A stretch of DNA of 64,000 nucleotides from Callorhinchus milii (Eukaryota): contig NW_024704742.1 in NCBI RefSeq assembly GCF_018977255.1, positions 31,002,001 to 31,066,000 on the forward strand, written 5' to 3'. Made by a program: the position numbers and the translations under genes. How positions within the stretch are numbered: the stretch's first letter is position 1; the number at the start of each line of letters is the position of its first letter. Positions 1-16,400 of this stretch are shown one piece after another. The notes beneath the pieces are model-generated. The model had not been told where the DNA came from. It did not search any database and saw nothing but the letters and a program-made list of their open reading frames with translations.

Positions 1-9
1 TTTGAGTAG

Positions 10-1459
<1,450 letters not shown>

Positions 1460-1649
1460 GTGGATTGTCTGTGCACATCATGTCCGCAAAGTTAATGTAT
1501 TTCGGTTCTACTGAGGATGTATAAAGCTTTGATAGCAATATTGTATGTGGTATTAGATCATTCCCACCATAATGGAAGTAGGACTTAATCTAGTCTCTAG
1601 ATTTCTATTGAATTTAAACAGCTGTGCTGAATATTTTTTTCTACCATGT

Positions 1650-1776
1650 AATAAAGTGACTTCCACAAAAAATTCATGGACTATTTCTTGCACTTAATTT
1701 TCAGGTTTTGTGTATTGTAGAGTATTAAAGAAAAATCTTCCTTGCTAGAGATTTTGAAGGATCTTTTAAAAATAAA
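1650..1776 (+). terminator. Candidate SMARCA5 polyadenylation signals (AATAAA at 1650-1655 and 1771-1776)
   Basis: Hexamers in the AT-rich 3' UTR downstream of the stop; usage not provable from sequence. Confidence 0.4.
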
Positions 1777-2039
1777 CAAATGATCTGATTTACTTTTATA
1801 GTAATATTACTTTCAGTAATATTTACATCACCCAGGATGACCTGCATTTTTAAAAAAAGTTCTGTCCAGATTTAGCTCCATAATTGAATATAATTTAGTT
1901 TACAAAATTTAAATGGTGCAGATTAAAAGATAAGAGTCAAATCTGCTCAAACTTTAAGCAAGGTATAAATGAATAAGTAGTGATCATGCCATGCTGGTTT
2001 CCCTAGTTCTTTGCCCTGATAATTCCCCCCCACTGTCCC

Positions 2040-2750
2040 CTCACAACTACCATCTCCCAGATGAAGCCCACCACCTGCTGCCTGAACCCCCACCCCAACC
2101 GTTCGTATCCCTGCTGCTGGTCGACACAGTCAACTGGTCGTGTTCTTCGGGTTCTGTTCCTCTCCCCTTAAAACCGCAGTCATCACTCCCCTCAAAAAAT
2201 CCACCCTTGACCCATCCAACCTTACAAATTGCCATCCCATTTCCAACCTACTCTTCCTTGGCAAAGCTCTGGAACGCGATGTCACTAACCAGCTTTGCTT
2301 TCACCACTCCCTCCTTGAGCACCTCCAGTTTGGTTTCCACTGCACATAGCACAGAGAAAGTGCTTATCAAGGTCACAGTGCTGTCAAACTCAAAACACCT
2401 CCATCATCCACCTTAGTGGGACTGCACTAGTCTGGTTCGAGTCCTACCTGACAAACCGCCTTCACTTTGTCTCTTCAAATGGTTTCTCCTAACATGCCCA
2501 CCCAATCACCTGTGGCGTACCCCAGGGCTCCATCCTTGGCCCCCTCCTCATTTACATGCTCCCTCTTGGCGATATTCGCAAACATGGGGTAAATTTCCAC
2601 ATGTATATGGATGACAGAAATTTTCTCCATGTCTGCTGATATTCTGTGGTCTTGTCAGCGCCTGTGTATTTACAGTATAGCCTATGAAGCGCTTTGAGAT
2701 GTCTAGAGGACGTGATAAGGCCCTATATCAAATGCAAGAATTATTTATAA
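2040..2750 (+). mobile_element. Decayed L2-clade LINE fragment (reverse transcriptase region plus 3' tail)
   Basis: Broken frames read LKTAVITPLKKSTLDPSNLTNCHPISNLLFLGKALER, QFGF, HSTEKVLIKV and [10 protein letters not shown]; ends in the gcgctttgag...tatatcaaatgcaag tail. Confidence 0.8.
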
Positions 2751-3819
2751 ATTGAAAGTCGTTAAGTATGGTTCTTTGTCATAGTTTGTCTAAACTCTTA
2801 ATTCCATGCATCCGACATCTTATGTGTTCAATGTACTTTCATGGTAGGCTCAGATGTCTGCGTTGAGGTGGCCAGTCACAAGGCAGTTCCCTTTAACCAC
2901 CATTTCAGTTGCAAACTTAAAAGTAGATTTCACACACACACGTGACGTCTGAAAGCTGTTGTAAAGCTGGGCCCAGCATGAGTAAATAGTAAATCTTTCC
3001 TGTGGCATGATTGCAAAACTGAAGCAATGCTTTAGTCTTCTCCTTTGAACATCAAACCATTTTTTAAATATGTCCAGGCCTCAAGCCACCCTTCCTGCCA
3101 ACCTTTTTGCAGTCATTAATACCCTCGTAAAGAATGAAGCCCATCTGTCGTGAAATTTCCCTTTGCAACTCTAAATCCACATACTCTTCTATTACTTTGG
3201 TGCATTCTAAAGTGTTGTTCTGGGTTTATTTTCTCAATTCCCTTCCAAGTACTGGAAAGGCACCATTCTCTGCTGGAAAATTAAGTGACAAACTGGTTAC
3301 TTCCAAGTTCACCATTGTCAATCAATGCAGATGTGATGGCTGCACTGACGGAACTGCACCCATTTATCCATTAGCCCTAAAATCCAGATGGAGAACCTCC
3401 TAGACAATATGCTAACACCTCCTCAGGGACAGCAAGTTCATGTCTGGTAATGTGAAGAGTTCTTCAGCCACATACCCTACCAGTGGCTTGAAGGAGATCA
3501 GAGGAACAGCAGCACAACAATACCCCTCCTTGGTGTGATGTACCAAAGTGACACTTCATTAATGGACCTCACATACCCACTTGATTTGATTAAACACCTC
3601 ACTTTGCCAGAGGTTTACCTGAGAGTTCAGAGCCTAAGTTCATACAGACAAACTTTCTCTACATTGCATTGATGGTTGACTTGGCTTCAGGATATCACAC
3701 AATATGTTTCTTTTAAGATTCTACCGTTAAGCAATGTGTGCATTTGTCACTTTGCAGGATTTAGGTTTAAATTAAAGGAATAAACTTACAAACCGAGGTA
3801 TGAGAAATAAAATGGAATT

Positions 3820-3992
3820 ACTTCCTTCAAGACTGAGGTTGATAGATTTCTAAAGGATAGAGGGATTAAGGGATATGGGGATAGGGCGGGTAAATGGAAT
3901 TAGGTTAGAAGATCATCCATGATCTTATTAAATGGCAGGGCAGGCTCAAGGGGCTGAATGGCCTACTCCTGCTCCTACGTCTTATGGTCTTA
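3820..3992 (+). mobile_element. CR1-type LINE 3' end
   Basis: ttcaagactgaggttgatagatttc...gggctgaatggcctactcctgctcct followed by a short tandem (tcttatgg) tail, typical of chondrichthyan CR1 ends. Confidence 0.7.
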
Positions 3993-6900
3993 TAACCTCA
4001 CCTGGTTACTGTTGTCAATCATGAAACAATAGTTCCCACATTCAGCCAATGTATTTTATTTACATGTAAATAATTACATAATAATTAAAGAAATATACAA
4101 TTACAGTTGAGATACTTTGACAATTCCCTTCTCTGCAACTGAGGTCCATATTTATATTCTATATAATCAATACATGGAAACAATAATTCTGCACTTCACA
4201 GACATGTTCTCAACAATAAGAACCACTCCCTGCTCAGATAAAACAAATCAGAAGATAAATAATCTATATTTATCTATTTCCAAATGAATAAAAACGAAGA
4301 TTAAGCTTCCCTTCGTAGAAGTGAAAGGCTGCAGCCAAGAATCAGGCCAACATAATTTATTTTAAAATCTAAGAATGCTATGAAATAAATGAAAACAGTT
4401 TAACATTGAGGTGTATGTTTTGTGCTAATCGAATGCAAGCTAAATTTGATCATTTTTCATACTCCCCAGAAATAGTTAGCAGCACTCCTATGTCGGGCAT
4501 TCACAACCAAAGTTCAATTTATTTACTATATCCAAACCTCAGAACACTGCTCGCTGCAGACAGGCATCTCCATTTCCCGAGGATTCAGGCACGTCAAACA
4601 CATTTCACATTGTTGTGCACAATTGGCTACTGCATTTCGCTCACAAAATAGTCACTACACTTTACAATATATTCTGTGATGTGCTTTGAGACGTCTCAAC
4701 GATGTGATAAGAAGGTGCTATATCAAATGCAAATATTATTATTATTATTATTAGGATCCTTACAGCCAGCAAAGGAGAGACTAATTTCATCAACCTAAAC
4801 AGGATTCAACCCAGGTCTCTAGTTCACAAACATTCATTTCTGGGTATACAGAGCATTTGAATAATTAATTAAAGTCACACGTCACCCTTCGTCTTTATAT
4901 TCTTTTAACATCATTCCTCTTCTCCATCCTGACCAGGAAGACGGTCTTAAATCTCAGTTGTTACTGGTCTCGAACGTGGTCTACTAAAAACAGACCAACC
5001 TTTCTGTAGAGAACAGCTGACACAAGGAAACACATTGTATGTTTCTGGACTTTCTCTCCATCCAGCAGTTGCCAGACTGTACCATTTATTAAATTCAATC
5101 CTAAATTGAAATCCATTGTCAGTCATTAAGTTCACCTCAAATTATTGTTATACAACAAAAAAGCCTTTTTATTGTCAAGGAATTACATTTAGAGGTGCAA
5201 TATGTTGGCAGGATGGGATAGGAAGAAAGGAAAAAAAAGGTCTTCAATTTTAATATTCCTACTGTACTACTAAGATCTTGAGCAGAACAAGGGAGAAATG
5301 TAAAAACAAGGAACATTTTTGAAGGAGGCGCTGATCAGCATTGAAGCTGCAGTTATCCAAGAACACCGAGTTCATTTGTACCATACATTTGCAGGCATGA
5401 TGTATCTAAAACCTGAAAGAAAGCTTCAATACCCAGTACATTTCAATGAAAAAACACTACTTACTGTTGAGCAATCACTGCCAAAAGACACTAAAAAATG
5501 CACCAGAACAAGTGCCAAAGTATAAGTTGGCATTTTCCCAGCTGTGTGGTCAGTCTTATATAGTAGTACACAGAATACAATATTAAAACCATTCTTAAAT
5601 GTTAACATTTTCTCCCTTCATTAGGTGTAGTCACTGAAAACTGAACTTGGATCATTAAAAAATGCCAGGTCCATAGGACTAGACCACTACAAAGTTTAAA
5701 CCATTGATTAGATTGAATTGCCATTTGGTTAGCTGATCTCTGCCCCTGTCCATTGCCACCATTATGTGAAGCCTTGCTCATATTTGCAATTGCGGGCATT
5801 TGGGTAGAAGAAAGCAACAACACTGAAATCAAGTGCAGCAATTTCCTAGATCACTAGAGATGACACCAATAATTAAAATCACAGGTGCTTATCAGAATAA
5901 GATTGAAATAGGATGAGGGGAGAGGGGGCCAGAGGAGGAGAAAATCTAAAACAAATGACAGTGCAATGGTTAAAAACAGTTCAAGAGACATGAAGCACAA
6001 TATATAAGCTTTTATGTGTAAAGGTTAAATAAATTAAATTTCCTTTACGTTATTCTTGCCTAGGTATAAAAAACTGGACTTTTTAAAACAAATTACCTTA
6101 TAATTTTTGTGTCAGAATTAAAACATGAACTGAAAGATACAAGCAAGAGCTGTCTAGACCTTCCACATCAGTCAACAGCCAAGGAAATGTGTACAGATTA
6201 AACAAGTGCTCAAGAGGATTTCTATGTTGCTGCTCTCATTTCAACCAGGCTTTGAAATAAGTCAGCGTCCTCACCTTGCTCTAGATTATTGCTCCCCTTG
6301 AACAAGTACCGAAGTTTGTATATATTCTATGTAGAATATACTATGCTATGTTTAATATATTTATACATAGCACAGTATATTCTCCAATTGGGATTCTGCA
6401 ATTCCAAACAGTTGAATTTAGCAAACCAGGTTTTTGCAGACCTGTTGTTTAACTGTAAGCTTGTCCATCTCTGTGTTAATGTCTGTGATGTTATCCCTGC
6501 AGGAAAATGCTGAGTGGCTGAAGCTCTAATCAACTCTCCTGTTCTAATGGAGTAAGGTTGCTGTAGGCTTCACAGTTCTGGATTCCTGATCAATGCTATA
6601 AAGGATTCCGAATCAAGTTGGTCACCAAATACTTGGAAGTTAGTTAATGCTCATCAACCCACTGAGAACATTTGGTGTTCCTGAATAATTCTGTACGCAA
6701 GCATCTTTGATTCAAGCAACAGCAAAGCATGTCTGCAAAGGTTAAAGGAAATGTGGCACACAGACGGTTAACACTGACTTATCAACTAGCTATAGTGCAG
6801 GCCCCATTATAACACAGTATTGGGGAAGGGGAAAAAGGGGGAATCTATAAAACCCCAACTAGGTTATAATGGGCACATGATCATCAGTCAGTGCTTCCAT

Positions 6901-7286
6901 AGCATGACCTCAAACATATGGCTAAAGACTGCATTGCACATTTGTGCTCACAACCCACATAACCAAGCCTTCTTGCACTAAGTTAGGTTATTTACTGGCA
7001 CAATACACAACCCATCCTACAACCCCAAGCTGGTGAGGTTGTGTGTGCGCAATAGAGGAAGCTGGTCCCAGCTCCACTTGTGAGCAAATCAGCATTGTAA
7101 GGAAATGTGTTACAACAGGTCTGTACTGGCCATTCGGTTTCTTCAAAACAGCAAATGAAAATGAAATTTTGCAAAAGACAAAGGTGTCCATTTGGCAATC
7201 TATTCACACATTTATAGAAAAATATACTCTGGATTCAAGAGCAAATTTATATATTTTTTTAAAATGCAGCCTTCCTTAGTTTCTGA

Positions 7287-7468
7287 TCAGATTTTCCAGA
7301 ATATTTTTTTTCTGTACAGGATGTAAGCGATGAGAACCCAGATTGAGGTGGCGAAGAGGTTCTGAGCCAGGTGTTCCCCGTGAGACTGGGGGTTGTGCAT
7401 CTCGAACTTAAAAGGAAAGTAGTGGGCAAACACCTCATGTCCAACATACACCAGGATGGAGTTCATTC
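7287..7468 (-). CDS. HGSNAT: HGSNAT exon 18
   Basis: [20 protein letters not shown]...[12 protein letters not shown]. Confidence 0.95.
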
Positions 7469-10400
7469 CTAAAGACATTGGCGGAAAGAAAATTGCAGTC
7501 ATCATTGGTTTCCTCAGATACAGACTGGATATTTAATAATATTGATGTTAAACTCCTATGTTGGAAGCCAAACCAGGGGAACACTGCAGAGAAACAGCAA
7601 TACAAAAAGACAATTGGAAGTGAGAGTTACCAGCCAAGGAACCTTGCTATGCAACACAGGAAAGAAACCTGCATCAATTCTCCAGGCACACAAGAAAGAA
7701 GTTGCCTACATGAGGGAATACCAAAATACTTTGGGCAGCACCATGCCCTATGCCCAGATACCTTCCCATAGCAAGGTTTACAATGCAGTGCTGGCAACAG
7801 CATTAAAACGTTTTGTAAGTAAGAGTGCTGCAGCGAATTGGAAATGCATCATGCTGAATCTCAGGAGCTCAGACTTGATCATTATCTGGGCATGTCAGAT
7901 CAGAGTTATGGACTCCAGCTATATAAAAAGAGTAAGATATAGATCCAGAAAGTATTTCTCGTCACACATCTGCTACAATCGAACAAATCTTCCCCATTCA
8001 CCAAATGGAACTTCAGCGTTTTATTAAGCGTTGTTTTATGTATTATTATTATTATGTTCCCACATAAGAACTCTTCAAACACACTATATCCTTCGCTGGA
8101 CTGACTAATGATCGGGAGGTTTAAAAGCGATCCGGTCCTGTGAGCCGGAAGTTCTGCCTACATGCAATTATAATGCTGGTATTTACTGCCTTTTTTTTCA
8201 GTGCTGAAAAGTACTAGTAAATCCCGGTACCGGCATTGTCATAGTTTGAATCCCACAAGCAGAAGATGGCGAATAGACTCTCTTCTGCTCGTGGGATTCC
8301 AACTGAGTCAAAGTAGATACCTCTGGCTACTGAAGGCCAGCAAACACAGTGAGGTGGGTGCATGTTATAGGAGAGTAAATACAGGATGTGGAACATTTTT
8401 AAGCATTCTGGCTGGTGACTAGGTACGAATTCCGGACCCGGATTCCAGTAAGCCGGGGATTTACTGTAGTTTAGTTTTGCAACAAACCAGAGAGTTCTCA
8501 GGTAAACCACTGGATGGTGAGCTTGAGCTACAGAGTCAAACAGAAACAGCCCTTTAGTGGCCATTACATAGTTTGGGAAACGACATGTCAAACGACTCCC
8601 CAGGATGGTGAAAGGCGAATTAGATGGAGCTTGGTCTTGTTTTGCCTAGCAAATTGTTATGGAACAACTTTGTTGATCTCCTGACTCTCTGGATTAAGCG
8701 TGGGGGGAGGAGTCTATGAGGCCAAGTTTGTGATTTTCTCTTGGGAGGGGGCGGGGGGGAAACGCAGAGGATTAGGAAAGACATCAAAATAGCAGGGAGG
8801 TAAAAAAAAGACATTTCCCAACTGTGGGAAGATGAGGGGTGTCACATACCTGGATAGTAAAACGGTGCTCCAGACCACCACTTCCTCACATCTACCAGGA
8901 AATAGACTATCATAAGAATAAAGTAGGCAAAGCAGCTGAGGGTCGTAATGTATGAGATTGACCTGCATATAGAACAAGGTAAGAAGTAGTCTTAGAAATG
9001 GCACAAACAAAAACATCTAAAGGCAGTCCCTTGTTACTACACTGAACACAAATCCCCTTTTTAAAATGCTCACATCTGTAAGAACAGCACTTGGGAAGAG
9101 AAGAGAACAAGTCTCGATTGAGGAAGGGTGGCAACAAGGAATCTGGAACATCTGTGACTCATTTTAAACAAGACAAACTAAGATGTGATCTTTCACAAGA
9201 GCCAAAATGATCAGTTTGAAATAATTTCATCCCTTAATCTGAGAAGTTACATCACACCTCAATGTCAGCCTCCACCCAACCCTGTAGCAATAGCCATTCA
9301 ATTTCATTTTGGAGTTAATCGCATTCCAGGTACAGTATTATCTAAATAATACTTAATAATGGAAAAAAAGACTTTTACTCTTAAAAGTGAAGGGTACAGA
9401 GTCTGTACTTTGTTAAACTGCACTTTTTCAAACCATAGAAAGGTGAGGAGGCTCGCAAGGCAAAGAGCTGCTACTTTAGTATTATTATATACATTGGAGT
9501 CTCATTATAATAGTGTTTCCATAAAATCCCAGCATGTGCTATATAATGAGGTAGTTGTTTCACTGCAGAACTGATTGGTTTGCTTCTTGCAACTAAACGT
9601 GGCAGATTTCCAGATCAACTTAACTCTCTGTTTGCACAAATTAAGCAGGAAGTGATATTGGTGGCAACCCAATGAACAAGAAGTAATCCGTTTTTGTTAA
9701 TTCAAGAAGCTAAAATGGATTACAAAACAGGAAGAGGTCAGCAAAGACCTGCAAATCAGGCACTTTAGCTCAAAAGCTGGCCGGGGTGTCGTACAAACCA
9801 GTGAACATGCGTCCACACTGGAACCAAGCTAGAACTGACCTTGCACTATAATGAAATGCATTATAAAAAAACTACAACGAAATAGCGCCTCTAGCACGTC
9901 CCTTGTGCCCTCTGTTCCACTATCGGTGGCCACGCTTTCAGTCACTATGCCCCGAAACTCTGGAACACTCTTCCTCTATCCCTCCGTCTTGCCCCTCCTT
10001 CCCAAACTTCAGGTTGCGCCTGAAGACCTTTCTCTTCTACCGGGCTTACGGTCACCTCCCCCTCCCCCTGGCTGTATGTCGTGCTCCGCCACAGTCAAGG
10101 GCTCGGGGACTCTATATAAATGCAAGTTGTTGTTGTAGTAGGAAAGTGCCTAAGGAAATCTTCCTTTACTTCCATTTGTGAGGAACGTCGCAAAGTGTTC
10201 ACAAATCCTTCCTCTCAGTGCATCTACCCTGATATCCCTGATACAGATTGTTGAAGCTCACTGTAAGGCCTATACACGCACCACAGGTTCTTGTTGACTG
10301 GAATGAAGCCTTCATCTCTGGAACATTTAGTAAGAATGGCGGAAATGGTGCCCTGGTCAACAAAACAGAGAGATGGGTGGTTAGAGAAACGAGAGGCACT

Positions 10401-13400
10401 CACAGGGCCAAGAATTTTTTTTTTTTAAAAAAAGTATAGGAGGGAAAGTGGGTGGGGGTAATACTCACTTACCAGCACTAAACTCCAAATGAAGAATCTC
10501 AGTGTGATCTGTTTATTCTGGCCTTTGTAAATAAGGAAAATCTTCCCAGCCTGGATTAAAATAGGAGGGAATATGTTAGCCTACTTCTGCTATTCAGAAA
10601 CACTAGGAAGGTAAATACATTCCTGTCTCTTTCCTCTCTCTCTTCTTTTCTGTCCACCTGAACAAGAGTTGGCACCTCGGTTTAATTTTTTGTCCGAAGG
10701 ATGGCACCTCCAACATTCCAGCCCTCCCCCACTCCGACCCAGCACTGCAGCTGAGTGTTAGCTCAGAAGTCCTGACAAACTAGGGTATCATCTTGGATGA
10801 GACCGTTCAACTAAGTGGCAGTGTAACAGGCAAAATAAAGGGGCAGGCTATCCAATGTGAATTCTGCCACTTTATTATGGACAGCAATTTCTACTCCCTT
10901 GCGTAACCTTCTGTCCCACAGAGAACAACATGTACCTCCGTTTCATAAAGTCCGTCAGAGAGAAATAGTATGGAACATAACTAAATGCATACATTCTTCT
11001 TCAAAAATGGATCTCAGACCACTTGCTGCCTGGTTTTATGGTTCAACAAACTGGTTGATCACTTGCTGATAGTTTATTACCTGTAATCCCAGGAAAGCCA
11101 TCACAATGGAATTGATCAACCCCAGCAGCCCCTCCGGGTCATATGGTAGTGTAGTGTGATAAAGTGTCTTAAACACAAAAATGAAAGGTTCATTGTAGAA
11201 ACACATCTTCAATCAGTTGCGATGATGGGATACACCCAGAACTTTAACTCTTCTTGTTTTACATGATTTGTAGGGTTCAATTGCATTCTGTGGCAGGACA
11301 CTTTGCACAACAACAACAAACAACACCTTTCACATCGGGAGGACAACCCAAGATGCTGAGATTTACATGAGGTATCTCGAAGGAAGGTTTGAGCTAAAGA
11401 AAACTACTGTGTGCTAGTAGACTAGACTAAATATATTGCTGATCAACAAAAGTAACATTTTACTTTTTGAAAAAATAAAATTACAAGGAAAAGTGCATTA
11501 ACATTGCTCTTTAAGCCAAAGCAAATGTTTTTTAAAATGCAGCTTTGCTATGAATTTTGCAATTTCTATAATTGCTATAGAATTCCCTGCACTTTATTTA
11601 TTTATTCATTCATTCATCCATCTAACAATTAAAACATTTTGAATTTTTTTTTAAAACAAACGTTTCCGAACTGGACAATTAATTTCTCCCACTGTGGCAC
11701 AACCTAAGCATGTCTGCTGACATACAGCTCGCGTTTAAACAGATTTTAAATATAAGAGTCCTGGATGGAATTCCAGCGATAACATTGAATTTACTGAAAA
11801 AAGAAAAAAGTCCAGAAACTACTTACTGTGCAAGATGGATGCTGATAAATGTGACTCTCTCCAAGGATGATCCTATCGATGTAGCCTGCTGCTCCACCGG
11901 TACAGTTAGCAAACTGACCAAAGTGTCCAATCCCACCAGGACCAAGGTAACCCCTGTCATGTCAATCAACAAAAGCTCTTTTAACTTGCACAACGTAAAT
12001 TGAAATGTAAATAGCCAATATTCAGAAAAATTACCATGAAGTTGAAAAGGTAATATAGATGTAGTTTCGAAAAAAATTTAAAAACGAAATTTAAACGATG
12101 AAATACACAGGACTGAAAAAAAACATTGTGGACCATCCATCCAGTCCTAAAGCTAAACTGAATGATCCTACACTAGTCTCTCATACCTCTCAGTGGTGTT
12201 CTTCATCACCTAGCTGTCTAATTCCCTCTTAAGTTTGCTGGCAATCTATAACATGAAAAGTGATTTTAAATCTGATCAATGTCCATAATTCCTTTTCTGA
12301 TTGTTAAATAGATACAGTTGCAGATATAATTGTGCTTTAAATGTTGCTTCTAAAATTAAAGTACAGCTTACCCAGTTAGTAAGAGTGAAAAAATTAATTC
12401 CTAACAATAATCCTTGCATTTGATATAATGCCTTATCCCATCATTGAAACTTTTCAAGGCAGGTGGATGAAACCCGACAGCTGATTGCGCACAGCAGTGT
12501 GCCACAAATAGTCGTGTAATAATAATAATAATAATTCTAGCTCAAATAAATCTAATGACAAATTTAACTTCTTAAGAATCTAGAGTATTATCCCAGAATG
12601 CATCTCAACCTAATTTGTTTCATGCAAGAGGCCAAATCTATCTTGCATATTTCAGAGATTGGTTAGAAAACAGCTCTCTTGCCCAATCTAGTGAGGGCAA
12701 CTCACCTCGGGCAATCAGGTACTGGGAACAGGAAAGTCAGGCAAAGCCAGACAGTCTCCAGCAGCACAATCAATATCCACTGAGGCCAATAGATCAAGAT
12801 GTCCCTGAACGGAGACCACCATTTTCCCTAGAAAAACAATTGTAAATTTTACACAACTTTTCTCAAAACCTTTGTTTTCGACAGTGCCTTTGGCCACCCA
12901 TCCACCCTCCCTTCCCTCCACCCTCCCTGATCCCAACCACCCTGCTGGGTCCAAATCCCTGACTGTCCAGGGCTTTGGGACGTCCTCCCGGCGTGAAAGG
13001 CACTTTACAAATGTAATTTTGTATTGCATTGTATAAACCACCTTTTATTTTATGGAACAATGTATTAAAGAAAATAAAAGTCACCATTATAATGCAAGTC
13101 ATTTGTAGACTACAGTGGAGCCTAGTTATAATACAGTGTTTTGGATCAATAGAATGCACCGTGCGGAAATTAAATGAACATCAGTTAGCCTCAATTACTA
13201 TATATCCAGTTACATCTGATCTTATAGCAAGTGCCACATTCACACTATTCTAAAAGCAAAATCAATGTGAAAATCCAGCATAAAGAGTCTAGATCTGCCA
13301 GGACAATACTGCTCTTAATGCAAATTTAAAACGACAAAGAAATATACATTAAGGCTTCCCTCAGGTCCAGGCACACAAGAGTGCAAGGTCATAAGTCTAA

Positions 13401-16400
13401 ATATAAGTCTGTGCGGAGTTAGACAAATTCAGCTGAGGGCGGTAGTTAAAACACTACAATCAGCCTCAGTGTCCCAGAGTTAGGGAGGTGGAAAAACAAT
13501 TGAAGAATAAAGATAAAGAAGTTAGGAAATGCTAAATAAAAAAAGACCAATGTCCATCCAGTTCAGCTTCCACCATCCTGGCAGTCGCATGCACATGTCA
13601 TGCCTTGAACCAAGGGTATAATGGTACATTGGACAGGACACCAGAGTCACCCGCAGGACAACATTCCAATAGAAGGATAAAGGAGTTGATGCCTTCCGAA
13701 GGAAAGGGGAAAAAAATTGGTGGTTAAAATTTCCAGTTACTGAAGGGTAACTATTAACAGGGTAAGTAGTTGAAGAAGCTGAGCTGTTAAGACAATTCCA
13801 GGAGCCAATTGTGAACTGAAGGGCTCCTTTCTCCTTCCAGTGTTTGTGAAACTAACACGGCGCTTGCAACTTGGGAAGCAATGGCAGCTAATCATTTGCA
13901 GTCTAACTTAAATGTGAAATGTACAAGAGTACCTTATGCATTCAGCACCATAACCAGCATCAGTTACTCTCAAGTCTAGTAATAGTACAGCCAAGCTGTA
14001 ATAACAAACCATCTCTACTGAAACAATGCATTTTAACCCACCCTCTAAGGATCACCCATTACTCCAGTATGAATCTTTCCATTTCCACGCTAGCCGTCCT
14101 TGTAACATAAATAAAACTGCCAATTTACCATTATATATATTATATTATAAAGCTAAGGGGCCCATTTTCATTTAGAAATGGCTTAGGATTGTCTAAACTA
14201 GTTTCATATTAGAGGAACTCTATATCTTACAATGGCCAGAATTTCAGCCATTAGCCTGATTATGTATTCGGCCCCAATTCCAAGAGACAACAGCCCATTG
14301 TACACTCTAGATATACTGTTTTCAATGTATCTTTTTCAATTTACTTGTACAACAACAACAACTTGTAATTATATAGCGCCCCTCAAGCAGGGTAGCGTCC
14401 CAGAGCACTTGACAGTGGTGGAGCATGACACTGCGCTGGGGGGTGGTGACCGTAGGCACGGTCGAAGAGCAAGGTCTTCAGGCATGACCTGAAGATGGGG
14501 AAGGAGGGGGCATGGTGGAGGGATAGAGAATTTAGTTGAAGTTGCATTAGGTTTTACTTTAGATAAGTATGTGCATACTAGAAATTCTAAATAGCTTTTG
14601 CAATGGATTCAGCTTGCCAAATAAAATACAATACAAATTTACATTTATATAGAGCTTTTCATGCCAAATGGATGTCCCAAGGCTATCAAATTAAAGCAAA
14701 GCGATGGTCAAAGCTAAAGAAGATCACAGACTATATTTACCAAGGCAATCATTTCAGGTGAACCTTTCCCAAACTGAAGCTCCATGACAATGACCACGAA
14801 ATAGGAGAGCCCCAGTCTCTGGAGCACACCAGGTATTCGCAGGGTACCCCAGGAGACTGTGGGAAGAAGAGTACATTACAAGAGATGTTTAGATGACAAA
14901 GACCGGTGGTACATTTCTCCTCATCCATGTTTTTGACAGCCTGGCTCAGCAGCAGCACTCTCGCTTCATGAGTCAGGAGGTTGTGGGTTTAGCACATAGT
15001 CTAAGCTGACTCTCCAATGCAGTGCTGGGGGTGCATTGTCGGAGGTGCCATTCTTTGTCTGAGACGTTAACCCCGAGGGCCCGTCTGCATGTTCAGGTGG
15101 GCATTAAAGATCCCATGGCATTATTTGAAAAGAGAAGGGAGTTTCTTCCACTGTCCTGGCCGACAATTCCCCAAATACAATTGATCATTTGTTTCATGGC
15201 GTCAGTTTAACATCTCATCCGAAAGCCGGCATCTCCAACAAAGCAACACATCCCCAGCACTGCATTGGAGCGTCAGCTAAGACTAGATGTGAGTTGACGT
15301 CCTGATGTGAGATTTGAACCCACAAGCTTCTGACTCAAAAGTGAGAACGCTACCACTGAGCCAGGCGGGCACACATAAACAACCTTGGTTATACGTTCTC
15401 TCAGCATATTGAACCTCTTGGAAATTATACTCTTTACGCACAAAGAAAAGCAAATCCAGCAAAGTTTTTAAAATTACCGACATCCTTGACACAGTTCTGT
15501 GTTCCCGACCCAATTTATTTTATTAGCTCCTTTTTCAAAGCCATAATCCAAGGTGAATCCCAACAGGTTAAGTTGGGAGTAAACAAAGTTTTCTCGCTTT
15601 CACTTCTTGAAAGCTCCCAGCAGTACAAAGCAGGCAGTTTCACTCATTCGAGGGGAAAACGCTGAAGATAGTTGAGGAGGAGGAGATTAGATTAGATGGG
15701 GGTCAACTTTAAAATGAGTTGCAACCCCAAATTCTAGTTTTTACACCTCATCGCTGGTTAAGGGGAACAACAAAAAAAATCATACAAACATTGAAAGCCA
15801 GGCTGTCACAAACACTTACGTGGCCCTTTGCAGTAGTTTGGGTTAATGATAATAATCCCAAGGAGTACCAGGACCACTGTTCTCCATGTCACTTTGCCCA
15901 GCAGCTTCCATCTAGAGTAATTATTGCGCAATGCTGAGCTCAACGCCAAAGCGATAGAGGTTCCCATGATGAAAACAAACCTAGGGCACAGAACTCAGTC
16001 ACACACAGAGAAGAAGGTTTGCATACTGGTCAATTTATCACAAGTTCAAAGTGCAAAATTCCAGTGACAAGAGGCCGACTGTACCTATTTTTTAGAAATC
16101 AGATTCTATGCAGCCTATACTCTGGAAATCTCTCCCTCTAAGCCTTGTCTATCTGTCTTCAAGTAATGCATTAAAACCTACCTAAAAAAAATACCTATGG
16201 TCACCTCTTCCTTCCCCAGTGGCTGACCCTTCCACTGTAAGGTGCCCTTGTCTGTATTATCCCTAGGATTAAGTGACCAAATTATTTTTTTGAGGGATTA
16301 TTACCCCCAGAAGGTGATCCACCAACCGTCTAACAACCGACTTCCTACTTACTGTTACGTAAACAAAGGCATGTGGAGTAGGGAAACTTGCCTAAGGTAT

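Noticed and set aside
2939..2949. Overlapping E-box/CLEAR-like and CRE-like motif CACGTGACGTC
   Set aside because: Isolated short motif at the end of a CA run, far from any promoter; function cannot be supported.
8145..8271. ETS (CCGGAAGT) and YY1-like (AAGATGGCG) motifs suggesting an antisense promoter in HGSNAT intron 17
   Set aside because: The YY1-like motif lies inside a MITE, the ORF after it is only 16 codons, and there is no real CpG island.
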